A program made the translations under genes and the position numbers. Below, piece after piece: positions 54,337-63,607 of a DNA stretch of 64,000 nt. A model generated the notes under the pieces. It saw only the letters and a list, made by a program, of their open reading frames with translations. It had not been told where the DNA came from and ran no database searches. Positions within the stretch are counted from its first letter, which is position 1, and every line of letters begins with the position of its first letter. Origin of the DNA: an uncultured Clostridia bacterium. GTDB taxonomy: Bacteria > Bacillota > Clostridia > Christensenellales > UBA1242. The stretch spans positions 12,138 to 76,137 of the forward strand of contig CALWFB010000001.1 of NCBI GenBank assembly GCA_944377485.1, in the 5' to 3' direction.

Positions 54337-54972
54337 ATGAGAGAACTTGACTTAGAATCATGGAAACGTAAGGATATTTTTAATTTATACTATCAATTTG
54401 ATATTCCACAAGTTTCACTTTGCACACCTTTAAATGTGACTAGGGTGTATGAATTTGCAAAGTCGAAAGATTTATCTTTCTATTTTTGTATGTGCCATGT
54501 TTTTTATACCGCACTTTTAAAATTTGAAGAATTTATGATACGCTCAATTAAAGGTAAAATTGTTATTGAAGATGGTGAATTTGTCAACATATGTGCAAAT
54601 AGAGAGGGTGAGGAAATTTTTAAAATTATAACCGGTAGATATTATAGAGATATTGAAAAGTTTTGTAATGAAACTAAAAAGAAATTAGAAAATCAAACCA
54701 CCTTCACTGAACCTTTACCTCCTGGTGTAAGAAGAAGTCAAGTTATTGCATATATATCTTGTGCTCCTTGGTTTGAGTTTACACACTTAACACATCCGCA
54801 AGATGTTCAACGAAATTCTTTTGTGCCACATGTTAGCTTTGACAAAATGAAAATAAACGAGAAAGGTGAGCGTTGGGTTAATGTCTCTCTTCAAGTAAAT
54901 CATGCTGCTATTGACGGCATTCTTATTGCTAAATTGTTGGACGAAGTTAATTCAATAATAACTCATTTATAA
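54337..54972 (+). CDS. chloramphenicol O-acetyltransferase family protein (type A CAT-like)
   Basis: 211 aa. SLQVNHAAIDG aligns with the CAT catalytic HHAVCDG region. W.RK..F N-terminus. Confidence 0.7.
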   Translation: MRELDLESWKRKDIFNLYYQFDIPQVSLCTPLNVTRVYEFAKSKDLSFYFCMCHVFYTALLKFEEFMIRSIKGKIVIEDGEFVNICANREGEEIFKIITGRYYRDIEKFCNETKKKLENQTTFTEPLPPGVRRSQVIAYISCAPWFEFTHLTHPQDVQRNSFVPHVSFDKMKINEKGERWVNVSLQVNHAAIDGILIAKLLDEVNSIITHL

Positions 54973-55187
54973 AGTTGTTGTTTTAATTCACCTTTAACCT
55001 AATATAATCTAAATCTACATAGAAAAAAATAGTGGGCGTATATTCAATCACTTATAGTACAAAAAAATTGTTTTCAAAAAGACTATAATTTGAATAATAA
55101 TTATATGATTAAATAATATACATTAATAACATTTAATAGAATATAAAGAGAAAAGAGAAGTTAATAAACTTCTCCTTTTTGTTCTAT

Positions 55188-55436
55188 TTAACTGTTTATA
55201 AATGAAATATTTATATCTCCGTTATTGCAATTAGTTATTAAATGCTTACTGCCATCTGGCTTTTTGCTTGGAAGATTGGTTTCTCCTTTTTTGATTGTGC
55301 AGTCTATCGAATATTCGTCCCAACTGCCTACAATAGAACCTGAAATACTACCGTTTTTTGAGCTCAATGAAATTGTTGAACCAACTTGTATAGAACTTAT
55401 TTTGATGTCCCCACCATTTGAATTTAAGGTAAATAT
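55188..55436 (-). pseudogene. C-terminal remnant of a DUF4097-like beta-helix protein
   Basis: Open frame without a start: TLNSNGGDIKISS...GSISGSIVG...NNGDINISFINS-stop, followed by terminator GAGAAGTT..AACTTCTC. Confidence 0.5.
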
Positions 55437-55604
55437 CTATTTGTTGATTGTACGGAAGAAAATCGTGCTGTGATGCGTGAAAAACTTTGCAATATTGCAA
55501 AAGAAGAGTATGGAGTAAATCCTGATTTTATTGTAGAGATAGTTGTTTTGTCAGGAATTTTGCAATGGAATTATCAAATACAAATACTGATTGAAAACGA
55601 ATAG
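55428..55604 (+). pseudogene. short gene remnant (possibly 4-oxalocrotonate tautomerase-like)
   Basis: Frame GKYLFVDCTEENRAVMREKLCNIAKEEYGVNPDFIVEIVV... lacks an N-terminus and an SD. The family guess is from memory of 4-OT sequences. Confidence 0.25.
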
Positions 55605-55648
55605 TACAATATAAATTTAACTAAAAAAATTGTAAAAAACCAATGTAT

Positions 55649-56911
55649 TTATTTTATTTTAATTGCGTAAATTGTTTCACCATCTTTTGACATCGCAGAA
55701 AAGGCAAGAGTATATATATTTAAACCTTCATCATATATAGATGCCATCACACCATAATAAATTTTGTCATTTGTAAAAAATTGGATATATTGTTTGTATT
55801 TTGTGAGGTTTCTATTTAATTGAATTTCAATTGAAATGCTTTCATTCGTTTTTGTACTAGTTCTTTTTGATAAATGAATTACATTATAAGTGCCATTAAT
55901 ATTTTTGTTTGATAAATATAGTTTGTCATGTGCATATCTATTAGGCATCACGACAGGCCAATCTAATTCGTTAAAATACATGCTGCGGATATTAAGGTAA
56001 TGTTTGTCCGCTTTTTCGTCTAGTCTTGTGTGATGAACAAAATAGTATTTTTCTCCGTCTTGCAAAATGCTATTATGACCAGGAGCAGTATATGTATGAT
56101 TTTGGTGTAAAAATCGATAGTTTGCTATTATAATTCCACCTAAATTATCCCAATCTGTATCTGTCATGATTTTTCCATTAGGGTCTAGGTAAGGACCAAA
56201 GATATTTTTTGAACGAGCTACACGCACATTATAACTGTCAACTAAACTGCCAAATGATAAAAATAGATAGTAATAGTCAGTTTTTTTGTTGTATGTAATG
56301 AACGAACCCTCTATTGGAGCCATTTTACCGCCAGCAATATGTGTACCAATTTTATTATTCTTGCTTAATCCTGAGGTTTTGTTAAGTTCTATAATATATA
56401 TTCCGCCAAAGAAACTACCATAACTTAACCACAATTTTTTATCTTTATCAAATTTAACACATGGGTCAATCGCATTAGGTAGTTCGATATTTCCGCCAGA
56501 TTTTGAAGATAAGATTTTCCCCTGATTTTTATATGGACCTAGTATATTGTCCGATTTTGCTAGACCAATAAAACTTTGAGTGCTACCAAAAGAAGAAATA
56601 GAATAGTACAAAAAATATTTTGAACCTATTTTGATTATATCCGGAGCCCAAAAGGGTGAAGCTAAATTACGTGATTTAGGCAATTCAACTTGACAATAGT
56701 CTATACCTTCTTTTAGTTCATTTTGTATGGTTGTTTGATTGAAACAGCTATTTTTATTGTCAATCCAATGAATTAAATCATTTGATTCTCTAATTTGAAA
56801 ATAACCATGGGTAGAAATTGTGTAATATTTCTCTTTGGTTTTGATTATCGCTGGGTCGTGTACTCCAAATTCTGCGATTTTATCCGAGTAGTCTTGAAAT
56901 AAATTTTTCAT
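55649..56911 (-). CDS. glycoside hydrolase family 43 (arabinanase/xylosidase-like)
   Basis: HDPAIIKTKEKYY, FWAPDIIKIGSKYFLYYS and an APGHNS-type segment typical of the GH43 five-bladed propeller. Confidence 0.8.
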   Translation of the reverse strand: MKNLFQDYSDKIAEFGVHDPAIIKTKEKYYTISTHGYFQIRESNDLIHWIDNKNSCFNQTTIQNELKEGIDYCQVELPKSRNLASPFWAPDIIKIGSKYFLYYSISSFGSTQSFIGLAKSDNILGPYKNQGKILSSKSGGNIELPNAIDPCVKFDKDKKLWLSYGSFFGGIYIIELNKTSGLSKNNKIGTHIAGGKMAPIEGSFITYNKKTDYYYLFLSFGSLVDSYNVRVARSKNIFGPYLDPNGKIMTDTDWDNLGGIIIANYRFLHQNHTYTAPGHNSILQDGEKYYFVHHTRLDEKADKHYLNIRSMYFNELDWPVVMPNRYAHDKLYLSNKNINGTYNVIHLSKRTSTKTNESISIEIQLNRNLTKYKQYIQFFTNDKIYYGVMASIYDEGLNIYTLAFSAMSKDGETIYAIKIK

Positions 56912-57072
56912 ATATTCTCCATTGGTTAAATTATATAAAATATAATTTCAAAAGTAAATCATTAGAATAAAAACAAAATAATTATTGTTAGACAATTATT
57001 AAACAATAAAAAATTTCAATATTGACAAATCTGCTTTCATAGTATATTATATATAGACATAAGGAGAAGAAT

Positions 57073-57741
57073 ATGGGTTATGAAGAATTTTTAAATTCAG
57101 AATATATAATCAATTCTTATAAAAAGATTGAGTATTTAAAAAGAGACTTTCCCGTCAACCATGGATTTGTTCATATCAACCATGTTATTGAAAATGCAAA
57201 AGAGATAAGCAAGAAATTAGGTTTTTCTCAAAAAGAAAGAGAATTACTATTAATCGCAGCAACTTTTCATGATACTGGATATCTAATGGGAAGAGACGAA
57301 CATGCCAAAAATGGGGCAATCTTAACATTGGGCTATTTGACTGAAAATTCAGATTTAGAATTGGAAGATATAAAACGAATATGCAAAGCAATCGCATCTC
57401 ATGGAGGATTCAATAAAGAAGATTATTTGGATAATGTTTCTATGGGGTTAATTTTGGCAGATAAAATGGATTTTGTTAAGACTAGATATGATAAATATTT
57501 ATGTAGTTATGTGGAGAAATATAAACCATTTTTAGAGATAGATGCTGTCAAATTGAAAAAAATTGGTGATGGATATGAAGTCGTAATAGAAAGTGCTGAC
57601 GATAAGTTGGAAGAAAAGATTATAGATAGAAGCATTTATAAAAAACTTAATGAAATAATAGACAATATTAATAATTATACAAATTATCACATTGATTTGA
57701 AATTCGCATCAAATAATGCTAATCCAGATATAAAATTATAA
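57073..57741 (+). CDS. HD-domain phosphohydrolase
   Basis: H...HINHV and AATFHDTGY (HD motif). TTGACA-17-TATTAT promoter and AAGGAG SD. Confidence 0.7.
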   Translation: MGYEEFLNSEYIINSYKKIEYLKRDFPVNHGFVHINHVIENAKEISKKLGFSQKERELLLIAATFHDTGYLMGRDEHAKNGAILTLGYLTENSDLELEDIKRICKAIASHGGFNKEDYLDNVSMGLILADKMDFVKTRYDKYLCSYVEKYKPFLEIDAVKLKKIGDGYEVVIESADDKLEEKIIDRSIYKKLNEIIDNINNYTNYHIDLKFASNNANPDIKL

Positions 57742-57856
57742 ACGACCGTTTGGTCGTTTTTTATTAATTTTAAATAAAAATCAAAATAATATATAAAATT
57801 GCTTGCCACAAATGGTTAAAATAATATATAATTTGAATATCAATTAGGGGGTTAAA

Positions 57857-58798
57857 ATGACAATTGTTAAAAAAATATCAAAACTATTTTCAATATTGGC
57901 AATCCTGATGGTAGGAGTGCTAGTATTCACAGCATGTGGAGATGACGATAATAAAACAAATCCAACAAATAATGCAAGTATCACTATTTCTAGTACGTTA
58001 AAAGCAGATGCAGAAGAAATACTTGAAACTATGAAAAATCATGTTCTTGATAAATTGACTAAGGTTGATGAAGGAAATACTAATGGTCAAGGTCATTATA
58101 CTTTTGCAGAAGCACAAGAAGAAATATCTGAATTCACCGAATATTATGTATTAGTTGGAACATTAAGCGATGTAGATGATTTAACTAGTGTAGGATTTGG
58201 TAATGTTAGTTATTCAAAAGACCAAACTATTCCTTTGTCAGTGGGAAGGGATAAATTCATTGAAGATAAAGTCTATTATGTAGAAGACAACAAACTTTAT
58301 ATGGCTGCACCTATAGTTTTGGTAGAATCTGCTGGACAAACTAAAATTAAACTTAATAATAAAGAAGTTGATTTCAATGTCAATCCAAGTGTTGAGACAA
58401 TAGATTTTACAGCAGTAAGTTTCTGTTTCGATACTGATAATACTGTTGTTCATCATGAAAATGAAGATGTGTATGTTTGCACATATAGAGAAGGTGCAGG
58501 GAAATCTATGATTGGTTTCTATTATGCAGGAATGGCACAAAATGATGTTTCTGTAAATCGTCTTTATAAAAATGGTGTATTGAATAGTTATAGTATTGTA
58601 TCAAATACTGATGCGGACAAAGATTCTAATTACCCATTAACATATTATTTAGTACCATATGTTCCAAGTGGTGATGTGAATGAAATTGATGCAGAAAAAC
58701 ACAATAATGCACAATTTGAATTAAAGGCATATATTCAAGGAAAGGGAGTTGCTACAGCAAATATCCGTAATATTATTGAATATACTAATGCTGAATAA
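57857..58798 (+). CDS. lipoprotein (hypothetical)
   Basis: Signal peptide with lipobox LVFTAC. Confidence 0.65.
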   Translation: MTIVKKISKLFSILAILMVGVLVFTACGDDDNKTNPTNNASITISSTLKADAEEILETMKNHVLDKLTKVDEGNTNGQGHYTFAEAQEEISEFTEYYVLVGTLSDVDDLTSVGFGNVSYSKDQTIPLSVGRDKFIEDKVYYVEDNKLYMAAPIVLVESAGQTKIKLNNKEVDFNVNPSVETIDFTAVSFCFDTDNTVVHHENEDVYVCTYREGAGKSMIGFYYAGMAQNDVSVNRLYKNGVLNSYSIVSNTDADKDSNYPLTYYLVPYVPSGDVNEIDAEKHNNAQFELKAYIQGKGVATANIRNIIEYTNAE

Positions 58799-58850
58799 AA
58801 TTAATTTGTTAATAAAAAATCTTAGGTGTTTCCTAAGATTTTTTTATATT

Positions 58851-59543
58851 CTATTTACATTTAATTTTTACACTGGCACATATTTCAATTGTGTTATCCA
58901 TGTTTTCTTCGATTGAAAAGTTTCTATATAAAATTGGAGAATAATATGAACTTTCTTCTTCAATTTCTAATACTGTTATTTCATCTTTTTCCAGTAATTT
59001 TTTTGCATTTTGAATTGCATTTTCTACTGCAAGATTTAAATTTTGTTGATAGACTTCTTCTGCATTAGAGAGTTTGAAATTGACATAATTTATTTCTGTT
59101 ATTCCTGAGGAAATCAGCGAATCAATATTATTTGTAAAAGTGGACAAATTGTCTAGTTCATAGGAGAAGGTTAGAATAGCATAATAACCTACTATTGTCT
59201 TTCCTGAGGAATAATCATAACTTGGGTTAGTGGTAAAACTAGTAATTTTAATTTGTTCAGAGGATATACCATTTGCAATCAAACTATTTTTCGCACTGTC
59301 AAATTGAGACATGGTTTTCTCTTTGGAAACATCAAGTGACATGTCTACATTTTCTATTCTAACGAAAATTTCAGCACTGTCTGCTTCAATCTTTTGAGTA
59401 GATTTACCGACTATTTCAAGTGTGGGTTCACCCGCAATATTTACTGCATCGGCACTGATTTGTGTATTGAAATTGGTGAGAAATAAGATTGATATTACAC
59501 ATATTAGCATTAAAATTAAAAATAAAGATTTTGTTTTTTTCAT
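58851..59543 (-). CDS. SIMPL (DUF541) domain secreted protein
   Basis: Signal peptide. Layout and the ...NLNLAVENAIQNAKKL helix are typical of SIMPL proteins. Confidence 0.55.
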   Translation of the reverse strand: MKKTKSLFLILMLICVISILFLTNFNTQISADAVNIAGEPTLEIVGKSTQKIEADSAEIFVRIENVDMSLDVSKEKTMSQFDSAKNSLIANGISSEQIKITSFTTNPSYDYSSGKTIVGYYAILTFSYELDNLSTFTNNIDSLISSGITEINYVNFKLSNAEEVYQQNLNLAVENAIQNAKKLLEKDEITVLEIEEESSYYSPILYRNFSIEENMDNTIEICASVKIKCK

Positions 59544-59787
59544 ATATATTCTCCTTTTTCAAATTTAGATTGGTTCGTATGAAAATAAAAATTCATAAAT
59601 TTTAAAATTAGTGTAAAATTTCTATATTATTTAAAATTAATCAAAGAACATACAAAATTAGTCAAATTAACTAAATTTTGTTCAATATTAAGGTCTATGA
59701 AGCGGTCGATATAAGGGTTGATTAAAAATTTACTTTACAAATTTTATAAATTAAAGCATAATACCTACATACAAAAAGGAGATAAAA

Positions 59788-60039
59788 ATGATAGAATTTA
59801 GATATGATACACAACTATTAATTGAAGGGAAAAATTTAGATGAAGATAAAATTAGAGAGTATTTTACAAAGAATTTTAAAGGAGATTGTCTGATTGCTGT
59901 TGGTGATAGTGAATTAATTAAAATTCATTTTCATACAAATGAGCCATGGGACGTTTTGAAATATTGTGCTACTCTTGGCGAAATCTGTGATATAGTTGTC
60001 GAAGATATGGATAGACAATCAAGAGGCCTGAAAGGATAA
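59788..60039 (+). pseudogene. fragment of a DAK2-fusion YloV-like protein (83 aa)
   Basis: GDCLIAVGDSELIKIHFHTNEPWDVLKY...VVEDMDRQ resembles an internal YloV module. Far shorter than full-length YloV. Confidence 0.5.
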
Positions 60040-60166
60040 TAATATCTTCGACAACTAAGGGGGTCCCCACATGTGATGAAAATCACTTGAAGGGGAGGAG
60101 GAGCAATCAAGCAATAGACTTGGAATGCGATATAGAGCATTCAAGTAATGGTGAAGATTGCGATGC
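60040..60166. repeat. structured interspersed repeat, copy D, bracketed by a 34-nt direct duplication
   Basis: TCCCC-ACAT-GTGAT-GAAA-ATCAC-TTGAA-GGGGA (60064-60096), then GGAGGAGCAATCAAGC as in copy B, then hairpin CTTGGAATGC...GCATTCAAG. Confidence 0.55.
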
Positions 60167-60276
60167 AAGATATGGATAGACAATCAAGAGGCTTGAAAGG
60201 TTAATTATTTTGTTAATCGCATATTATTAAACTTTCTAAATTTTGGTTTTGCTTTTTAATAGGGATAAGGAAAAAT

Positions 60277-60843
60277 ATGAGAGTTGATTATGAGTATGTA
60301 TTGGAGTTTGCGAAGAAAAAGCATGAGGGTCAGTTTCGAGCTGATGGGGTGACCCCCTATATTAATCACCCTATACAGGTTGCTGCTATTGTGAAAAGAG
60401 TAAAAAAATCGGCAGATATAGATAGCATTGTTGCGGCAGCATTATTGCATGATACGTTAGAAGATACATATACTTCTTATAGAGAATTGACAGATGAATT
60501 TGGAGAAATGGTTGCAAGTATGGTGATGGAAGTGACAACCGCATCATATGTGCCAATGTTAATTGGAAAAAGCAATTATTTGAAACGAAAAATGGTGGAT
60601 ATGTCAAACTATGCACTTGTGATTAAATTATCAGATAGATTGGCAAATTTAATTGATTCAAAGACGTTATCCGAAGAGAGAAGATATAGATTAATCGTAG
60701 ATACTCATGACATAATAGAATATATTGAAGCACATAGAGAATTGACGGGCACACAGAAGGTGTTAATCACAGAGATTCGTGAACAACTAGCAAAGATAAA
60801 AGAAGAAAACATGGAAGAAAATTTAAATAACAATAATATATAG
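60277..60843 (+). CDS. RelA/SpoT-type HD hydrolase (small alarmone hydrolase-like)
   Basis: KKHEGQFRADG, YINHPIQVA, LLHDTLEDT. Confidence 0.75.
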   Translation: MRVDYEYVLEFAKKKHEGQFRADGVTPYINHPIQVAAIVKRVKKSADIDSIVAAALLHDTLEDTYTSYRELTDEFGEMVASMVMEVTTASYVPMLIGKSNYLKRKMVDMSNYALVIKLSDRLANLIDSKTLSEERRYRLIVDTHDIIEYIEAHRELTGTQKVLITEIREQLAKIKEENMEENLNNNNI

Positions 60844-60902
60844 GATTGACAGTTTATATTTTTTTACAATGAGTAAAAATAAATTTAGTTTATGGAGGGA
60901 TT

Positions 60903-61553
60903 ATGGAAATTTATACACAGGGAATAGGAGAAAAGAGATTTTCACCAGAAGAAATAAAAATCAATTTTAATTTCAAAATTCATGCTAAGACCTATGAACA
61001 AACATTAAATGAAGGAATTAAAAAGGTAGATGAGTTTACAAAATTATTAGAAAAATTGAATTTCAAAAGAGAAACTTTCAAGACACTTGCATTTAAAGTA
61101 TATGAAGAGACTAAATATGATAAAGAAAAACAAAAAGATGTTTTAGTAGGATATATTTATAATCATGATGCGTCTTTAATATTTGATTATGACATGAAAA
61201 GATTATCAAGATTAATCCAAGAGATTAGCAAATTAAAAGATGGTCCAAAGGCAAACATTTCATTTAGTTTGAAAAATGAAGATAAAGCAAAATCAGCATG
61301 TATAGATAAAGCATATAAAAATGCAAAGACAAAAGCAGAAGCGATAGCAAAAAGTGCAGGTAAAAAGTTGCTAGAATGTAAGAAAGTGAGTTTCGAATCT
61401 TTTGATGAGAAGGTGGAATCAGCAACAAAATTTAATGGAATGGCAAAAATGGCTCTGCAAGATTCATACAGCATGCATTCGATAGAAAACATTATAGTAC
61501 CACAAGATATTGAGGTGTCTCAGGAACTATACTGTCTTTGGGTTGCAGAATAA
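60903..61553 (+). CDS. SIMPL (DUF541) domain protein, cytoplasmic-type paralog
   Basis: KAYKNAKTKAEAIAKSAGKKL helix and overall layout. No signal peptide. Confidence 0.55.
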   Translation: MEIYTQGIGEKRFSPEEIKINFNFKIHAKTYEQTLNEGIKKVDEFTKLLEKLNFKRETFKTLAFKVYEETKYDKEKQKDVLVGYIYNHDASLIFDYDMKRLSRLIQEISKLKDGPKANISFSLKNEDKAKSACIDKAYKNAKTKAEAIAKSAGKKLLECKKVSFESFDEKVESATKFNGMAKMALQDSYSMHSIENIIVPQDIEVSQELYCLWVAE

Positions 61554-61763
61554 AAGGTACGTATAGACTACAATTAACATTATAATTGTAGTTTTTTATT
61601 TATAAGCCTCAAAATATTGAAGAAAGTTCAAAACGAAATAATTTGAATACAATGTTTAGCGAATCTTGGAGAAATAGGGCTAAATAATTTTTTTGTTTGT
61701 TTATTATTGACAAGACTTTTAGAATTTGTTATCATAATCTAGTACTATTAAAAGGAGAGACCT

Positions 61764-61901
61764 ATGAAACAGACTTATCAACCAAAGAAAAGACAACGCA
61801 ATAAAGTTCACGGTTTCAGAGCGAGAATGAAAACTTTGTCAGGTAGAAAAGTTCTAAAAAGACGTAGAAACAAAGGAAAGAAAGATTTAACTAACAATTA
61901 A
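61764..61901 (+). CDS. rpmH: 50S ribosomal protein L34
   Basis: [22 protein letters not shown]... (45 aa, below the ORF-track cutoff). AAAGGAG SD. Confidence 0.9.
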   Translation: MKQTYQPKKRQRNKVHGFRARMKTLSGRKVLKRRRNKGKKDLTNN

Positions 61902-61925
61902 TTTTGATTAGTAAAAGTAGTTTTT

Positions 61926-62276
61926 ATGTTAAGTAGAATTAATCGATTGAAGAAGAGAAAAGAGTTCAATTACGTGTACAAAAAGGGTGAAGTCATTCAC
62001 GCACCCAGTTTCATAATGCATTATGTTAAGACGTATCGACCTTATGCTCAAATCGGAATTTCTGTATCTAAACAAGTGGGCAATTCAGTAGTTAGAAGTA
62101 GAGTCAAACGAATATTTAGTGAGGCATGTAGATTAAATATCCATAAATTTGCGATTAAAAATTATGTGTTTACTCCTAGACCAAGTGCGGCGGACAAAAG
62201 TTCAACAGACATTGAAAAAGAAATTTTGTTTGTATTAAAGAAGAATGGTTTACTTATAGGAGAAAAAAATGTTTAG
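61926..62276 (+). CDS. rnpA: ribonuclease P protein component
   Basis: RLKKRKEFNYVYKKG...RVKR motifs. Follows rpmH. Confidence 0.9.
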   Translation: MLSRINRLKKRKEFNYVYKKGEVIHAPSFIMHYVKTYRPYAQIGISVSKQVGNSVVRSRVKRIFSEACRLNIHKFAIKNYVFTPRPSAADKSSTDIEKEILFVLKKNGLLIGEKNV

Positions 62277-62544
62277 ATTCTATTATGTTATCACATATCC
62301 ACTGACATTGATATGTCTACTTTTATTATCCATATATCGTGGGATAGTTAGATATGCGTTGCCAAAAAGTTGTAATTATATCCCAACATGCAGTCAATAC
62401 GCATGGGATAGCATATTAGAATTTGGTGCTATTATTGGCGGAGTCTACGCAATTAAGAGATTAATCAGATGTAGACCGGGGCATAAAGCGGGGTATGATT
62501 TTGCAAATTTAAATTTATCAGGGAATTATAAATGGAAATGTTGA
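62269..62544 (+). CDS. yidD: membrane protein insertion efficiency factor YidD
   Basis: SCNYIPTCSQYAWDSI...RLIRCRPGHKAGYD. Confidence 0.85.
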   Translation: MFRFYYVITYPLTLICLLLLSIYRGIVRYALPKSCNYIPTCSQYAWDSILEFGAIIGGVYAIKRLIRCRPGHKAGYDFANLNLSGNYKWKC

Positions 62545-63569
62545 ACAGTGTAAGTATGCTACTTGCTAGCGACTTTTGGACTATTATTATAGATTTTTTT
62601 GCTAGAACGATTGTCAATTATGGTTGGGCAATCATTGTTTTTACTATTTGTTTGAAGTTGGTATTAAGTCCGCTAGATATCTTTCAACGTGTTTCCACTC
62701 AAAAACAATCTCGTGTCATGGCGGTGATTCAGCCTGAAATCAATGCACTGCAAGAAAAGTATAAAAATGACCGTGAAAAATTAAATCAAGAAACTAACAA
62801 ATTATATAAAAAATATAGAGTAAACGTTGGTGGTATGTGTATTACAATGCTACTGACAATGGCAATTTCACTTATAGTTTTATTCACATTGTATTCAAGT
62901 ATTCGTTCGTATGGTAATGAAAAATTATATACAACATATCAAGAGTTGGATAATGCATATATTCAAGCGGAATCTGATTATGAATTATTGACGGATACTG
63001 ATTTGACAAAAGAAGAATATATTGAGCAAGCTGTGCTAGTGAAGTATGATGAAATTAGCGAACAGAATAGTTGGCTATGGATAAAGAATGTTTGGAAATC
63101 GGATACTAACACCAGCCAATTTGTAGACTTTGAAGATTATGCAAATCACTATAACCTTGAAGGTGAAGACAAAGATAATGCAAAAGCTAGATATGATAGT
63201 ATCGTGTCAACAATTGTTGGAGATGGTAGGGACAACAACGGTTATTATGTTATAATGATATTTGCTGTATTGGTATCTTTCTTAACACAGTTCTTATCAG
63301 CTAAATTGTTAGCGCCAAAAGGTCAAAAGATGAATTTGACCAACAAAATAATGATGGCTATAATTCCTATCACAATGTTAATATTGGCGATGACATCAAA
63401 TGTCGTGTTTACTCTATATATCATTACAAACTCACTTATGACAGCGATTATATCTACAATAATTTCATTAGTATTGAAAAAGATAAATAAAAACAAAGAT
63501 GACAAAGAAATTTTAATGAAATCCAGAAATGTAGAAGTAGTTGAATATAGTCGAAATTATAAAAAATAA
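62532..63569 (+). CDS. yidC: membrane protein insertase YidC
   Basis: Position after rnpA-yidD. Five TM helices. Conserved LKLVLSPL / KYRVNVGGMC segments. Confidence 0.85.
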   Translation: MEMLNSVSMLLASDFWTIIIDFFARTIVNYGWAIIVFTICLKLVLSPLDIFQRVSTQKQSRVMAVIQPEINALQEKYKNDREKLNQETNKLYKKYRVNVGGMCITMLLTMAISLIVLFTLYSSIRSYGNEKLYTTYQELDNAYIQAESDYELLTDTDLTKEEYIEQAVLVKYDEISEQNSWLWIKNVWKSDTNTSQFVDFEDYANHYNLEGEDKDNAKARYDSIVSTIVGDGRDNNGYYVIMIFAVLVSFLTQFLSAKLLAPKGQKMNLTNKIMMAIIPITMLILAMTSNVVFTLYIITNSLMTAIISTIISLVLKKINKNKDDKEILMKSRNVEVVEYSRNYKK

Positions 63570-63607
63570 AACTTAAATCATAAGAAAAATAGATATAGGA
63601 GAGGAAT

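Noticed and set aside
55225-55473. 82-aa plus-strand ORF
   Set aside because: It is an antisense shadow of the DUF4097-like remnant, which has recognisable repeat motifs and a terminator.
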